Shown here: positions 1 through 9,616 of the stretch, in pieces
How positions within the stretch are numbered: the stretch's first letter is position 1
Layout of the letters: each line of letters opens with the position of its first letter
Source: Bythopirellula sp.
Lineage (GTDB): Bacteria > Planctomycetota > Planctomycetia > Pirellulales > Lacipirellulaceae
NCBI GenBank assembly: GCA_965216565.1
Contig: OZ244170.1
Location: 1,568,001-1,632,000 of the forward strand
Length of the DNA stretch: 64,000 nucleotides
Direction of reading: 5' to 3'
Translations under genes and position numbers: made by a program
The notes under the pieces: model-generated
The model's input: only the letters and a program-made list of their open reading frames with translations
The model's database searches: none
Told to the model about the DNA's origin: nothing

Positions 1-416
1 GGATGTCGATTGACGACCTCACCGGAAAACAGTTTGCCGGCACGGTAAGCGCCCTCGGCTATATGCGAGCCCGCGAAACTTCTGTAGCCGCCAGTCGGAT
101 GATGAACTCCCTCGCCAACCAATTCCGCATCGGACGACCGGAGTGCCGCGACATTGCCGAGCGCCTCGTCGACGGGACTTTCGTCTGTCCCTTAGGCGGT
201 GAGTATCAACTGCTTGCACCAGAACGTGATCTAGAAGTGTGGGCCTCGTCCGCGGTGACACCCGAAAATCGATTCTTGCTTACCGAAGTCCCCGAGGATT
301 TTCAGCTGCCCCTCTTGCAATGGTTTCGTGGTGTGAACGGCGATTTGAGCTACGTGGAAGACGCACTTTCAATTCATCTCGAACTCAACTTGGCAGCCGA
401 TTCGGTGCCCCAATGA
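1..416 (+). CDS. Hypothetical protein, C-terminal part (5' end outside the window)
   Basis: Open frame from the window edge; its TGA overlaps the next ATG (ATGA at 413-416). Confidence 0.6.
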   Translation, partial: MSIDDLTGKQFAGTVSALGYMRARETSVAASRMMNSLANQFRIGRPECRDIAERLVDGTFVCPLGGEYQLLAPERDLEVWASSAVTPENRFLLTEVPEDFQLPLLQWFRGVNGDLSYVEDALSIHLELNLAADSVPQ

Positions 417-895
417 GCAAGCCGCCCCGTTACAGTAATCGCGATTTCCCGCCCTACACCTACGTCCCCGGCAAGCAACCGCACCCGATTAGCGACCCCC
501 GCGGCCACATGCACGGGCACGAAGCCCCCGATCCGCCGCCACTAGATCCCGAGCAGTGGAACCAGTCCGCAAGCTACCTCTTCGCGGTCGACCTATTCAA
601 CCACGGATTCTATTGGGAAGCCCACGAAGTTTGGGAGTCGCTCTGGATTGCCGCCGGCCGTGCGGGCATTCTGGCCGACTTTCTCAAAGGGCTCATCAAA
701 CTCGCCGCGGCAGGAGTAAAGGAACTGGAGGGAAATCCCACGGGCATCGACCGCCATCGATCGCGAGCCCTTGAGCTCTTAAGCGATACCTCTGCAAATT
801 CTCAGTCCTACGGTGGACTGCACTTGCCAGCACTCCTGACCCAAGTGCAAAGAAAACAAAAAATTTCTGAGATCGCCCTCACATTAGGCGAGTAA
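413..895 (+). CDS. DUF309 domain-containing protein
   Basis: Motifs LFNHGFYWEAHEVWESLW and LKGLIKLAAA; start moved to the coupled ATG at 413. Confidence 0.85.
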   Translation: MSKPPRYSNRDFPPYTYVPGKQPHPISDPRGHMHGHEAPDPPPLDPEQWNQSASYLFAVDLFNHGFYWEAHEVWESLWIAAGRAGILADFLKGLIKLAAAGVKELEGNPTGIDRHRSRALELLSDTSANSQSYGGLHLPALLTQVQRKQKISEIALTLGE

Positions 896-1114
896 GCACC
901 GATTTACAGAACAGGTACCCAGATATTGGTTCGCTATCCAATCCCGGCCTGAAACTTCGAGGCTCCCCCGCAAGTGCCCGTCTCGTCATTACCCTCACAA
1001 CATGTCCGACGCAACATTGGGTCCATTCATGAAGATTTGCGGAAGCGGTGTTTTTGCCAGGTCCTAGAGAGGCAAGCGTTTTCTAAGTTCGCCCAATTGA
1101 CTACAATCTAAGTC

Positions 1115-3181
1115 ATGAAGAAGAAACGTCGACAGCGGAAAAACAAGAACAAGAAACCGGCTCATGCGAAGATGGGAGCCGCTCAGAAGCCTGATGCCGA
1201 GGCTCGATCGGCCGCTGGAAAGAAGGGCCCTGGGTTAGTCATGTTTGCGGGACTGCTGGCCGTGGCACTCGCTATCGCTTTTTATGTGGTGCGCTCGTCT
1301 GAGACTCCACAAGAGACAGACGACCAGCAGGCTGTACTTGCTCCCAGCGAAATCGATTCCTCAGAGAAGGCGGCCCGAGTACCGCTCAGGCAGACTTCTT
1401 CCTGGACAGAGCTCGACGATCCTGCCAGCGATGGCTGGGATACCGAAGTGTTTGCTGAGAAAGCAAAAAAGCAGCTGGTAGCTCTTGGGAAAATAATGGT
1501 GGATGTCGAGGAGGTCGACGCAGCCGATGTGAAAAAACTTATCGCCAAGGAATTCGCTTGCGAACCACTACGGCCTGCTAATCTGGTTGCCGTCCACGAC
1601 GATCCCCACTTGAAGATCGAGCGTGCCCCCTCCTCGTCATCTGGCCTAAGTTCCCTGGACCAGTTGCCAGAATCGGAAGAGCAGAAGTATCACGGGGCCG
1701 ACGGACTTGTGCAAGCACTGCGCGATGCTGCGGCTTCCTTTGCAGAAGCCGAGGATTTGCGATTTGAAGTCAAGATATTTCGAGTCTTTCCCGCCCCGGG
1801 CAAAGTGACCACACGCCAGTACTTTTCCATTACTGGCCATACTGAGTCGGGTACATTGGAACAGCACGCAACCTGGGACATCGGTTGGGAAGTAGGGACA
1901 GGCAAATCAAAACCCCATCTCCAGTGGATCCGCGTAGAAGAATTCGAACAATCGGAAAGTCGCAATGCCGAGGAGACTCTTTTTGCCGACTGTACCGAGT
2001 CTGTTCTGGGTGGCAACGATTGCTACACGGAGCAGTTTTTGCGCGGCATGAACTATTGGTACGAGCGAATTCAAGACCGAAGTCCGTTCGGTTTGTTCGC
2101 AAACCCTGGGTTGGCGGTGGGAGATGTGAATGGTGACGGGCTGGACGACCTATACGTCTGTCAGGAGGCCGGTCTCCCGAATCGGCTGTTCGTCCAAAAT
2201 CCTGATGGCTCAGCAACCGATCAGTCGACCTCTTGGGGAGTCGATTGGCTGGAGTCATCTCGGAGCGCGCTCTTGGTCGATTTGGACAACGATTCCGACC
2301 AGGATTTGGTAGTGGCGATTCTTGGTGGAGTGGTCGTGGCTGAGAACAACGGACAAGGGCAATTTCAAATACGAGACGTACTGGCGACCTGCGACGACAC
2401 CATGTCTCTAACTGCGGTTGACTACGACATGGATGGCCGCCTCGATATCTATGTCTGTGCCTATCATCAGAACAAATCACTGGACTCCACTGAACTTACG
2501 GGCATGCCGGGTGCCGCGGAGGGTTTTGTTGTGCATGATGCGAACAATGGAGGAAATAACAGCCTCTTTCGCAATCTGATTTCTAAACAGGGTGAATGGC
2601 AGTTTGAAGACGTTACCAAAGAAGTTGGACTAGACGAGAAAAACTATCGCTGGAGTCTCGCCGCGGCTTGGGACGACTACGACAAGGACGGCGACCAAGA
2701 TCTTTACGTCGCCAACGACTACGGACGCGACCATTTCTATCGCAACGACCTTCTCGGTTCGTCCTCCTCCGATCAGGAACAGAATACGGGGCCGCAGTTC
2801 GTCGACATTTCCGATCTCGCCCACGTAGAAGACAGTGCCACGGGTATGTCGATTACCTGGGGCGATTACGATCGCGATGGATGGATGGACGCCTTGGTCA
2901 GCAATATGTGGTCCTCTGCCGGCCAGCGCGTAACATATCAAAACAATTTCAAGCCCGATGCACCGCAAGACATCAAAAATAGGTATCAACGTCAGGCTAG
3001 GGGCAACACGCTGCTGAAGAATCAAGGCGATGGAACCTTTAGCGACCTCAGCGGCCCAGCTGGAATAGAAATGGGACGCTGGGCTTGGGGTTCGCGGTTT
3101 GCGGATCTTAACAACGATGGCTGGGAAGACCTGTTTGTTTCGAACGGATACATCACGGCAGACGACACTGGGGACTTGTGA
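1115..3181 (+). CDS. Membrane-anchored FG-GAP/VCBS repeat (CRTAC1-like) protein; probably the N-terminal part of a UGA-readthrough protein that continues to 5707
   Basis: Basic N-terminus plus one TM helix; repeats GDVNGDGLDDLYV, DLDNDSDQDL, DYDMDGRLDIYV, DYDKDGDQDLYV, DYDRDGWMD, DLNNDGWEDLFV; ends at an in-frame TGA (3179-3181). Confidence 0.85.
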   Translation: MKKKRRQRKNKNKKPAHAKMGAAQKPDAEARSAAGKKGPGLVMFAGLLAVALAIAFYVVRSSETPQETDDQQAVLAPSEIDSSEKAARVPLRQTSSWTELDDPASDGWDTEVFAEKAKKQLVALGKIMVDVEEVDAADVKKLIAKEFACEPLRPANLVAVHDDPHLKIERAPSSSSGLSSLDQLPESEEQKYHGADGLVQALRDAAASFAEAEDLRFEVKIFRVFPAPGKVTTRQYFSITGHTESGTLEQHATWDIGWEVGTGKSKPHLQWIRVEEFEQSESRNAEETLFADCTESVLGGNDCYTEQFLRGMNYWYERIQDRSPFGLFANPGLAVGDVNGDGLDDLYVCQEAGLPNRLFVQNPDGSATDQSTSWGVDWLESSRSALLVDLDNDSDQDLVVAILGGVVVAENNGQGQFQIRDVLATCDDTMSLTAVDYDMDGRLDIYVCAYHQNKSLDSTELTGMPGAAEGFVVHDANNGGNNSLFRNLISKQGEWQFEDVTKEVGLDEKNYRWSLAAAWDDYDKDGDQDLYVANDYGRDHFYRNDLLGSSSSDQEQNTGPQFVDISDLAHVEDSATGMSITWGDYDRDGWMDALVSNMWSSAGQRVTYQNNFKPDAPQDIKNRYQRQARGNTLLKNQGDGTFSDLSGPAGIEMGRWAWGSRFADLNNDGWEDLFVSNGYITADDTGDL

Positions 3182-3192
3182 AGTTTCTGGTG

Positions 3193-3209
3193 GCGGCAGG
3201 TCGTGTCGC
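3193..3209 (+). promoter_or_regulatory. Candidate bacterial SECIS hairpin
   Basis: GCGGCA-GGTCG-TGTCGC stem-loop starting 11 nt after TGA 3179-3181; shares GCAGGUC with the apex of the E. coli fdhF SECIS. Confidence 0.6.
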
Positions 3210-5707
3210 ATGGAATCACGGATAGCGAAGCGAGTGCCACCGATGCGCTTGAGCACGCTGGGACTGCGCTGACAAACATGATGAGAGGGGGTCGCTCCTT
3301 TAGCGGAAACGAGCGGCACTGTTGTTTTCTCAACACGGGCGGAGAGCCGAACGCGGAGGGACGTTTCGCAAACATCTCCGCGGTCAGCGGTCTTGACTAT
3401 CCCGACGATGGTCGGGCGGTGGCTTTAGTTGATTGGGATCACGATGGCAGACAGGACATGTGGATTTCTAATCGCAATGCCCCTCGTCTCCGACTCATGC
3501 GTAACGAAGTGCCAGGCGAGAATCATTTCCTGGCGCTTCGTCTGGAAGGCAATGGAACAGACACCAATCGCGATGGCATCGGAGCTCGAGTAGAAATCAT
3601 TCTAAGACAAGTTGACGTAGCCGCTCCTGAATCACAGGCGGGCAAGCAGAAACCACAAGTTAAGACTCTGCGTGCCGGAGAAGGGTTGTTAGCCCAATCA
3701 AGCAAATGGCTGCACTTTGGCTTGGGGCAGGCTGACACCATCGAAAGTGTGACCGTCTATTGGCCGGGCGGCGAAGCCGAGCAATTTATCGGTTTCGAAG
3801 CTGACCATCGGTACCGGCTCGTCCAAGGTTCGGCCACAGCTCAGGACGCAGCAATGCCTGCTCGCGCGACTAAGCTTGAACGTTCCAACCAAAATGTTCC
3901 CCCCGCGTCGCAGGTTGCCCGAATTCGGATGGTGCAGTTGTTGACGGTACCGGAATCTCCCTATCAAAGCTTCGATGGACGGCGACGCAAACTCCCGACT
4001 AAGCAAGGAGAATTGCTACTGGTAAACCTGTGGGCCAGTTGGTGCCGCCCCTGTTTAGCTGAACTCACCGAGTTTTCTAATCGCTACGAAGAGCTACAGA
4101 ACGAGGGAATCGAGGTTCTTGCGCTTACGGTCGAAGGTCTTAAGGGAGAAAAAGAAGCAGCCAAGCAAGCGGCAAACCTCGCCGCCAACCGAAAGTTTCC
4201 GTTTCTGGTGGGACAGGCAAGCTCAACATTACTCGCAGATTTCAATTACCTCCATAGTCTTCAGATTCCACTGCTTCGAGAACTGCCGCTGCCATGTAGT
4301 TTCCTGATTGATCGAGAAGGTCGTTTAGCTGCAATCTACAAAGGCCCCGTGTCGGTTGATGCATTACTGGAAGACACTTCCTACAGTAAAGACAGTCGAG
4401 CCGAACGACAATTGCGGTCCGCTTCCATGGCCGGCCAATCGATTCAGCACCCACTCGTAGAACAAGTAGAAGACAATTCAGGCGTGTCGCTTCGTTTTCT
4501 GCTCGCAGAGTATCTTCAACATTCCGGACGCAACGACCAGGCGGCCCAGCAATACGCGGACGTGATTAAGCTCAAGCCCGACAACTCGGGTGCCCATAAT
4601 AACTTGGGTAGCACCCTCTTAGAGCTTGGAAAAGTTGAAGAAGCCGTTAAACATCTTCGGCGTGCCCTCGAACTCAATCCCGAACACCCAGGAGCCCACA
4701 GCAACCTGGCAAACGCGTTACAACGCCAAGGGAAGTCGGAAGACGCAATCGAGCATTTACAACAAGCAATAGAGGACGATCCCGATTTCGCGCAGGCTCA
4801 CTACAACCTGGGAAACACACTCTTGCTACAAGGAAAGGCCGAAGAAGCTTCTCCGCATTACGAGCGAGCCCTTGAGATCGACCCAGACTACGCCCATGCC
4901 CACAGCAATCTGGGGATCGCTTTGCAGCGTCAGGGCAAGATTGAAGAAGCTATCGAACACTATCGGCGTGCACTGCAGATCGAACCAGATTACGCGGACG
5001 CGCATTACAACCTGGGAATTGTTCTCCGAGGTCAGGGGAATACCTCAGAAGCGATCAAACATTACCAACAAGTCGTAAGGATCAAACCCAATTACGCTCA
5101 GGCACACAACAACTTAGGGAACGCAATCCAAGCGGAAGGGAAACTTGAAGAATCCATCACGCATTACCAACGTGCCATTCGGATCAAACCCGATTTCGCC
5201 GAAGCTTATAACAACCTGGGCAATGCGCTACTGGGGCAAAAGAAGATCGCAGAGGCGATCAAGTGCTATCAACAAGCTCTAAAGATCCAACCCAGCTACC
5301 CACAAGCGCACACCAGTCTAGCAGTCGCGTATCAAGCTCGCGGTGATGTCCCCAAAGCTATCCAGCACTACAAGCAAGCGCTCGTTCTAAATCGGGACAA
5401 CCCCATGGCTCTGAACAACCTGGCATGGATTCTGGCAACACATTCAGATTCCAAATTACGCAATGGCTCTCAGGCCGTCATGCTAGCCGAGTATTGTTGT
5501 GGACTGGAGGGACTGCGGGTGTTTGCTACGCTCGACACGCTGTCCGCCGCTTACGCAGAGGCAGGCCGTTTTGAAGAAGCAGTTGAAGCCGCCACCGAGG
5601 CGATCGAAGGAGCAACCGCCGCAGGAAACGAAGAAGTAGCCCAAGCGCTTCGCAAGCGATTAGAGCTGTACCGTCAGGGCACTCCCTATCGAGAACCGAA
5701 GAAATGA
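3203..5707 (+). CDS. FG-GAP + ASPIC/UnbV + TlpA-like thioredoxin + TPR repeat protein; probably the C-terminal part of the 1115-5707 readthrough product
   Basis: DWDHDGRQD repeat; NRDGIGARV...LHFGLG...WPGG (ASPIC/UnbV); LVNLWASWCRPC; about 9 TPRs (AHNNLG/AHYNLG); same frame as the ORF starting at 1115. Confidence 0.85.
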   Translation: MSHGITDSEASATDALEHAGTALTNMMRGGRSFSGNERHCCFLNTGGEPNAEGRFANISAVSGLDYPDDGRAVALVDWDHDGRQDMWISNRNAPRLRLMRNEVPGENHFLALRLEGNGTDTNRDGIGARVEIILRQVDVAAPESQAGKQKPQVKTLRAGEGLLAQSSKWLHFGLGQADTIESVTVYWPGGEAEQFIGFEADHRYRLVQGSATAQDAAMPARATKLERSNQNVPPASQVARIRMVQLLTVPESPYQSFDGRRRKLPTKQGELLLVNLWASWCRPCLAELTEFSNRYEELQNEGIEVLALTVEGLKGEKEAAKQAANLAANRKFPFLVGQASSTLLADFNYLHSLQIPLLRELPLPCSFLIDREGRLAAIYKGPVSVDALLEDTSYSKDSRAERQLRSASMAGQSIQHPLVEQVEDNSGVSLRFLLAEYLQHSGRNDQAAQQYADVIKLKPDNSGAHNNLGSTLLELGKVEEAVKHLRRALELNPEHPGAHSNLANALQRQGKSEDAIEHLQQAIEDDPDFAQAHYNLGNTLLLQGKAEEASPHYERALEIDPDYAHAHSNLGIALQRQGKIEEAIEHYRRALQIEPDYADAHYNLGIVLRGQGNTSEAIKHYQQVVRIKPNYAQAHNNLGNAIQAEGKLEESITHYQRAIRIKPDFAEAYNNLGNALLGQKKIAEAIKCYQQALKIQPSYPQAHTSLAVAYQARGDVPKAIQHYKQALVLNRDNPMALNNLAWILATHSDSKLRNGSQAVMLAEYCCGLEGLRVFATLDTLSAAYAEAGRFEEAVEAATEAIEGATAAGNEEVAQALRKRLELYRQGTPYREPKK

Positions 5708-6416
5708 CCTTCTCTCGTCCGGGGGCAAAGAAATTCCAAAGTCATCATTCTAGCCGCTCTTCAACCGCGCGGTTAACAACCCAACACCGAACTAGGACGG
5801 TGCCTCAAGGGGTCCCAAGGCCTGCCGCAAAACTCGGGAGTATTGCATTGCGTTCTACGTAGTCGAGTCTATTAGCCCCCAGCATCGACAATCCCAAGTA
5901 ATGCAATAGCCTGTTACCTTTTGTTTTTGACCGGGCCCTCTCCAGAGGTGAAAGGCTTGTTGGCTGTGGCTGTCAGCTTTCACATTTTGAAAGAACGCGA
6001 GTGCTTTGTACTTGCTCGATATCCCCATCCGCTGGCTAAAAGACCGGTTAATGTTTGACCGTTTTTTGGTGGTAGTTGGAACCCACTAAGAAAGCCGCAC
6101 TTAAGGATGAAGCTGAGGGTGCTGGTTCACTTCTCAAGATAATTTCGGTCTGCCGCTCCTGAGCATGTTAGTGGGCCTATCCGTTCAACTGAACGTTTCA
6201 AGTGCGGTGAGTAAGTTCGAATTCGAGAGACCGATGCAAGAATTGCAGGTTGTAACGGCTGCAGTTGCGGGGGTCCACCACCCGCCAGTTAACCAATTCG
6301 TTCACATGCAACAGAAAACCTTCGTAGTACCTCAGCGGAATCTCCAACTGTCATCGTAGTGAACTATCTTTACAAGGTAGACCATTGAAGACGTAATTCC
6401 GACTGAGATATCTAGA

Positions 6417-8111
6417 ATGGCAACAAGCATAGAGAACAATCCTTTCTTGGACCAATTCGCAGACCTGAGCTCATTACCAGGTTTTCAACCGCAAGGACTT
6501 TGTCACTTCGACAAGGACCATCGGATCGTGGTGATGAACCGGCAATTTCAAACGCTGTACGGGTTACCCGAGAGTCTGCTCAAGCCGGGCACACATCGGG
6601 ATGAAGTCATCTCAGCAATTGAAGATGCCACCTTGCGTGATTTACTGACGGACGTAACGTCCAACCCATGCGGATTCGGATCGACGAATCGGGTTTGGCA
6701 AACTGAACAAGGACGGCTGATTGCCGTCTCTTGCGAACTCTTGCCCGATGGCAGTTACACAACCTTGCATGAAGACATCACCACGTCGAATCAAGAGAAT
6801 GCGAAATACGCTAGACTTGCGACTCATGACCCTTTGACAGGATTACTCAACCGCCAGGCGTTTGACGATGAATTGCAACGGGTGCTTTCGCAAAACGAGA
6901 GCATGAAAGAACATGCCCTGCTGTACATCGACCTCGACCGATTCAAAATAGTTAACGACACTCTCGGTCACCCCATCGGCGATCAAGCACTGATAGCGAT
7001 TACCGAGCGGATTCGAAATGTCATCCGGTCTGAAGACAAGCTTGCCCGACTGGGGGGCGATGAGTTTGCGTTGCTGCAGGTGGAGGCGCAACAACCAGAT
7101 GCATCACGCTCTGCTGCCCGCCGGATTATTGATACCGTCGCTCAACCTCTCTCAATCAGTGGACACTCCGTGAATCTCGGTGCCAGCGTGGGCATAGCTA
7201 TCGCCCCCTTCGACGCTGATAACGCAGAGCTGCTGCTGCAGAATGCCGACCTGGCTCTCTACCGCGCGAAGCACGATGGCCGCAACACATTGCGTTACTT
7301 CGAGCCAGAAATGAGCAGACGTCTAGTCTTACGGAGAAAACTGGAATGCGAGCTTCGTTCGGCAATTGAGGCGGGTCAGTTCGAAATGCTCTACCAGCCC
7401 GTAATGAACCTTAACTCGCAGACAATCGAGTGCGTGGAAGGGCTCGTTCGGTGGCAGCATCCCGAGCTAGGGCTCGTCTCGCCCGACGACTTCATACCTC
7501 TCGCTGAAGAGACTGGCTTAATCAATCCACTCGGTGAATGGGTTCTCCGGCAAGTTTGTCGAGAAGCCGCTGAATGGGACGAAGGGATTCGCGTAGCGGT
7601 TAATGTATCTCCTGTCCAGCTTCGTTGTCGGATGTTTGCGTCGACTGTACAGAACATTCTCCAGGAAACGGGACTCGATCCTTCGCGCCTCGAAGTGGAG
7701 ATTACCGAAACAGCGCTGGTGGCAGATATAGAATTGACGATCGCAATCCTTACGGAGTTGCGTCAATTCGGAGTAAAAGTCGCCATGGACGATTTTGGCA
7801 CGGGCTACTCCTCGATCAGCTATTTGCGACGCTTTCCGTTCGACAAAATTAAGATCGACCGATCTTTTGTTTCCGGAGTAGATGCCGATCCCGAAGCTGC
7901 TGCTCTGATAAAGATGATCGCTGCTTTGGGGGTAAGCCTGGCGGTCTCGACAACCGCCGAAGGTGTCGAAACAGATTCCGAATTGGATTTGGTTCGTCAA
8001 GCAGGTTGCACCCACATCCAGGGGTATCATCTAAGCAAACCTGTCAACGCGGGAGCAATCGTCGCTCTCCTGGAATCAAACAAAGATGACAAGACTTACT
8101 TGGGAGAATAA
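6417..8111 (+). CDS. PAS-fold GGDEF-EAL diguanylate cyclase/phosphodiesterase
   Basis: HDPLTGLLNR, DLDRFK, RSED I-site then GGDEF, EGLVRW (EAL variant), DDFGTGYSS, IKIDRSF. Confidence 0.92.
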   Translation: MATSIENNPFLDQFADLSSLPGFQPQGLCHFDKDHRIVVMNRQFQTLYGLPESLLKPGTHRDEVISAIEDATLRDLLTDVTSNPCGFGSTNRVWQTEQGRLIAVSCELLPDGSYTTLHEDITTSNQENAKYARLATHDPLTGLLNRQAFDDELQRVLSQNESMKEHALLYIDLDRFKIVNDTLGHPIGDQALIAITERIRNVIRSEDKLARLGGDEFALLQVEAQQPDASRSAARRIIDTVAQPLSISGHSVNLGASVGIAIAPFDADNAELLLQNADLALYRAKHDGRNTLRYFEPEMSRRLVLRRKLECELRSAIEAGQFEMLYQPVMNLNSQTIECVEGLVRWQHPELGLVSPDDFIPLAEETGLINPLGEWVLRQVCREAAEWDEGIRVAVNVSPVQLRCRMFASTVQNILQETGLDPSRLEVEITETALVADIELTIAILTELRQFGVKVAMDDFGTGYSSISYLRRFPFDKIKIDRSFVSGVDADPEAAALIKMIAALGVSLAVSTTAEGVETDSELDLVRQAGCTHIQGYHLSKPVNAGAIVALLESNKDDKTYLGE

Positions 8112-8114
8112 CAA

Positions 8115-8534
8115 ATGTTTCGACGATTACTTTACACCAGCCATGCGGCAGAAGGCGTGGATTCAAGACAGGTCTTCGATATCATACGAACATCCCACAA
8201 TCGCAATAGCCGTGCTGGTCTGACTGGAGGCCTACTATTCGTGGACGGCTATTTCTATCAGTTGTTGGAAGGACTGCGGGGCGCTGTCGAGCAAAGGTAC
8301 GATCGAATTGCGGCGGACCCAAGGCACCACAGTGTTGAGCTGCGTCTCGACGAGACGGCTGACGAGCCGATCTTCGCCAATGACTGGATGGCACTTCGCG
8401 ATGCTTCTCAAATCGACGATTCGATTCTAGCCCATTTTGGTTGTTCACCAGGGTCGCCACCCGAAGCCATGCAAGACGACCAAGTGTTTGAGTTCTTGCT
8501 CACCTGCTTTGAGAAGGAAATAGTTCATTGCTGA
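8115..8534 (+). CDS. Stand-alone BLUF blue-light sensor protein
   Basis: LLYTS, N..GLTG.L, FYQLLEG, DPRH and WM motifs; conserved Tyr/Gln/Met present. Confidence 0.92.
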   Translation: MFRRLLYTSHAAEGVDSRQVFDIIRTSHNRNSRAGLTGGLLFVDGYFYQLLEGLRGAVEQRYDRIAADPRHHSVELRLDETADEPIFANDWMALRDASQIDDSILAHFGCSPGSPPEAMQDDQVFEFLLTCFEKEIVHC

Positions 8535-8667
8535 TTGAAATAGCTGGTCGGAAAAGAATCCATAGCCCGTAACCTGGGTAGCCGGTAGGCGTAACCCCAC
8601 GTCCTTTCTCGCCCTCGTCTTTGTCGTTGTCACTCGCAAGCCAGGCAATACCTGAGGGCGACTCAGA

Positions 8668-9600
8668 TTACGAGTTATGGCTTGTCGCTGCTTCCTGCAT
8701 CAACTGCCCCGCGCGGTACGAGCTGCGGACGAGGGGTCCTGCGGCGACGCCGCCGAAGCCCATCGCGCGGGCTTCGCTTTCCCACTCGGCAAATTGGTCG
8801 GGGTGCACGTAGCGATCGACCGGCAAGAATCGCGTTCCCGGTTTTCCCGGGGCGAGGTATTGGCCGAGCGTTAAGAGTTCCACGCCGGCGTCGCGCAACA
8901 GCCGCATGGCTGAGACCACTTCCTCATCGGTTTCGCCCAGGCCGACCATAATACTGCTTTTGGTCCACATGTCGGGACGCAACCGTTTGGCGCGCTGCAG
9001 AACTTCCAAGCTTTGTGCAAAGGAAGCCTTGGGATCTCGGACAAGGGAATCGAGTCGCGGAACGCACTCCACGTTGTGGGCAAAAACGGCGAGTGGAACT
9101 CCGTCGAGAAGATGTGCCAATGCCTCCCAATTGCCATCCAGGTCGCTGGAGAGCAGCTCCACGTCGGTGTTCGGGAGTCGATTTTTGACTGCCACCACGC
9201 ACTTCCTGTAGTGATCGGCACCACCATCGTCCAGGTCATCGCGATTTACTACCGTGATCACCACATGCTCTAGCTCCATCCGCTCTACGGCGTCGGCCAG
9301 TCTTTCCGGCTCGTCGACTTCAAGTGGCGGCGGTTGTCGCAGGGTTTCGACCGAACAGAATCGGCAGCCGCGGGTACATTCCTTGCCCGCCACCATAAAC
9401 GTGGCCGTCCCTCGTGCCCAGCAGTCGTGAATGTTGGGGCAGCGAGCCTCTTCGCACACGGTGTGTAGCTCGTTGCCGAGCACGGTAAGCTGCGTGCTAT
9501 TGAAGGTACCCTGCGCACGCCCCGTCGGCAGGTTCACGCGCAGCCATTCGGGCAGACGTGGACGGGAAAAGACGATTTCAAGCGGCGGGCTGTTTTCCAT
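8668..9600 (-). CDS. lipA: Lipoyl synthase
   Basis: CEEARCPNIHDC, CTRGCRFC radical-SAM motif, C-terminal RSSY. Confidence 0.95.
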   Translation of the reverse strand: MENSPPLEIVFSRPRLPEWLRVNLPTGRAQGTFNSTQLTVLGNELHTVCEEARCPNIHDCWARGTATFMVAGKECTRGCRFCSVETLRQPPPLEVDEPERLADAVERMELEHVVITVVNRDDLDDGGADHYRKCVVAVKNRLPNTDVELLSSDLDGNWEALAHLLDGVPLAVFAHNVECVPRLDSLVRDPKASFAQSLEVLQRAKRLRPDMWTKSSIMVGLGETDEEVVSAMRLLRDAGVELLTLGQYLAPGKPGTRFLPVDRYVHPDQFAEWESEARAMGFGGVAAGPLVRSSYRAGQLMQEAATSHNS

Positions 9601-9616
9601 CAGACTAATTCTACGC

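Noticed and set aside
3179..3181. Genome-wide UGA reassignment (Trp or Gly) as the explanation for the in-frame TGA
   Set aside because: TGA ends many full-length genes here (e.g. sufB, nfo, dusB, rarA), so it is a normal stop.
2630..3375. Minus-strand ORFs spanning the TGA junction
   Set aside because: No motifs; they are shadows of the FG-GAP gene and do not explain the junction.
4520..5430. Periodic sequence similarity that might suggest a CRISPR or DNA repeat array
   Set aside because: The ~102-nt period comes from 34-aa TPR coding repeats; there are no identical repeats with unique spacers.
5708..6416. c-di-GMP riboswitch upstream of the GGDEF-EAL gene
   Set aside because: I could not find the GEMM consensus elements by eye; an Rfam scan is needed.
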